Assembly: GCA_001655205.1 (NCBI GenBank)
Contig: LPNZ01010658.1
Location: forward strand, 1 to 33,755
Direction: 5' to 3'
Length of the DNA: 33,755 nt
Source of the DNA: Lenisia limosa
Taxonomy: Eukaryota > Protista > Breviatea
This document shows, piece after piece, positions 33,201 to 33,755 of the stretch. Each line of letters starts with the position of its first letter. Position 1 is the stretch's first letter. The notes below the pieces were generated by a model. That model had not been told where the DNA came from, ran no database searches, and saw only the letters and a list, made by a program, of their open reading frames with translations. The position numbers were made by a program, and so were the translations under genes.

Positions 33201-33755
33201 ATGATGTATATTACTGATACCCTTTTCCTTTTAAATCATTCTGACCGACCCCAGGATAAGATATTTGAGTCTCGAGGATATGATCAAGGCGCTGAGCGAG
33301 TGAAACGGGTGGGTCTCATCATACCATCAATGGATCGAACTGAAGCTTTGCTTGTCAGTGTTCTTTTGCCTGGGACTTATTTACCTGACTTCAGGCATTC
33401 TACAGTAATCGGTCGAATGAGCGGCTTACTTCAGACTCTCCGACCGCACAAAGCCAAGAGTACACGGGTTCATTTTCTCGGGATATATCCCATGATATTG
33501 CCTTCGTTCCGAGGTTCATCCCCTAGTATCCCTTTGCTGCAATTCATGATTATTTCTGTAGGTCTGGCAGCCGTACAAGGACACCCTCCCCGGTTGCTCA
33601 AATGTACTCGTCTAATTCGACGTGGGGTGTATTAACCTATTTTTCGGCTTAGCATTTTATAAGTCGTGTAATATTCACCTTCAGGTGTTATGTGCCTTGT
33701 GATGTTAACCGCCATGTAGACGGCGGATCACTTCACCGCGTCCCGGGCAAGATGC
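30273..33755 (+). CDS. ABCD4: ABC transporter subfamily D member 4-like half transporter, 5' part (3' end beyond the window)
   Basis: Phase-consistent exons 30273-30407, 30621-30684, 30840-30913, 30990-31162, 31226-31330, 31391-31490, 31582-31655, 31724-31833, 31897-31983, 32055-32186, 32252-32390, 32450-32554, then more small exons. ABCD motifs: HPRFNWTFFKRL..ALTFP (cf. ABCD4 N-terminus RPRLDLQFLQRF..VLFP), IDNPDQRV, GWQTP, QQEKLEGAFKF, EAA-like ESIAFARG, NVAGYTSR..EETLL. No Walker A motif is reached in the window. Confidence 0.82.
30483..30554. repeat. 38 bp x2 intronic duplication
   Basis: GTTGGCACATATAAGAGATGTTGAGTG...ATCAG twice in ABCD4-like intron 1. Confidence 0.9.
30674..30744. repeat. 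37 bp-period duplication spanning a 5' splice site
   Basis: CTATAACATGG|GTGGGTTGGA...GCTGTGGCTTGCT duplicated. Confidence 0.9.

Overview
Eukaryotic, gene-dense and very intron-rich DNA with many N gaps, most likely from a unicellular eukaryote (taxon not determinable from sequence alone). Three spliced genes can be rebuilt by hand. (1) A 9-exon secreted GH25 lysozyme on the minus strand (719-2187), which the ORF track does not recover as a gene. (2) Starting 226 bp away, head-to-head, a ~27 kb gene (2414-29705, +) for a giant single-pass membrane protein of roughly 6,000 aa (hand estimate). It has a signal peptide, ~3,300 aa of ectodomain made mostly of Cys-rich GCC2/GCC3 (ephrin-receptor-like) repeats, a cupredoxin-like juxtamembrane module, one TM helix, a beta-hairpin repeat region, a very long charged coiled coil and a C-terminal HxxxH (HALCH) zincin-like domain lacking the catalytic Glu. 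(3) The 5' part of an ABCD4-like half transporter (30273 to the window end) with an unusually long insertion after the TMD. The introns have a distinctive dialect: GTGGG is the commonest donor, 5' ends are often G-rich and 3' ends C-rich, and many introns carry private tandem repeats that duplicate their own splice signals. No CRISPR array, rRNA, complete tRNA or recognisable transposon was found. Exon models are hand-derived and lack transcript support.
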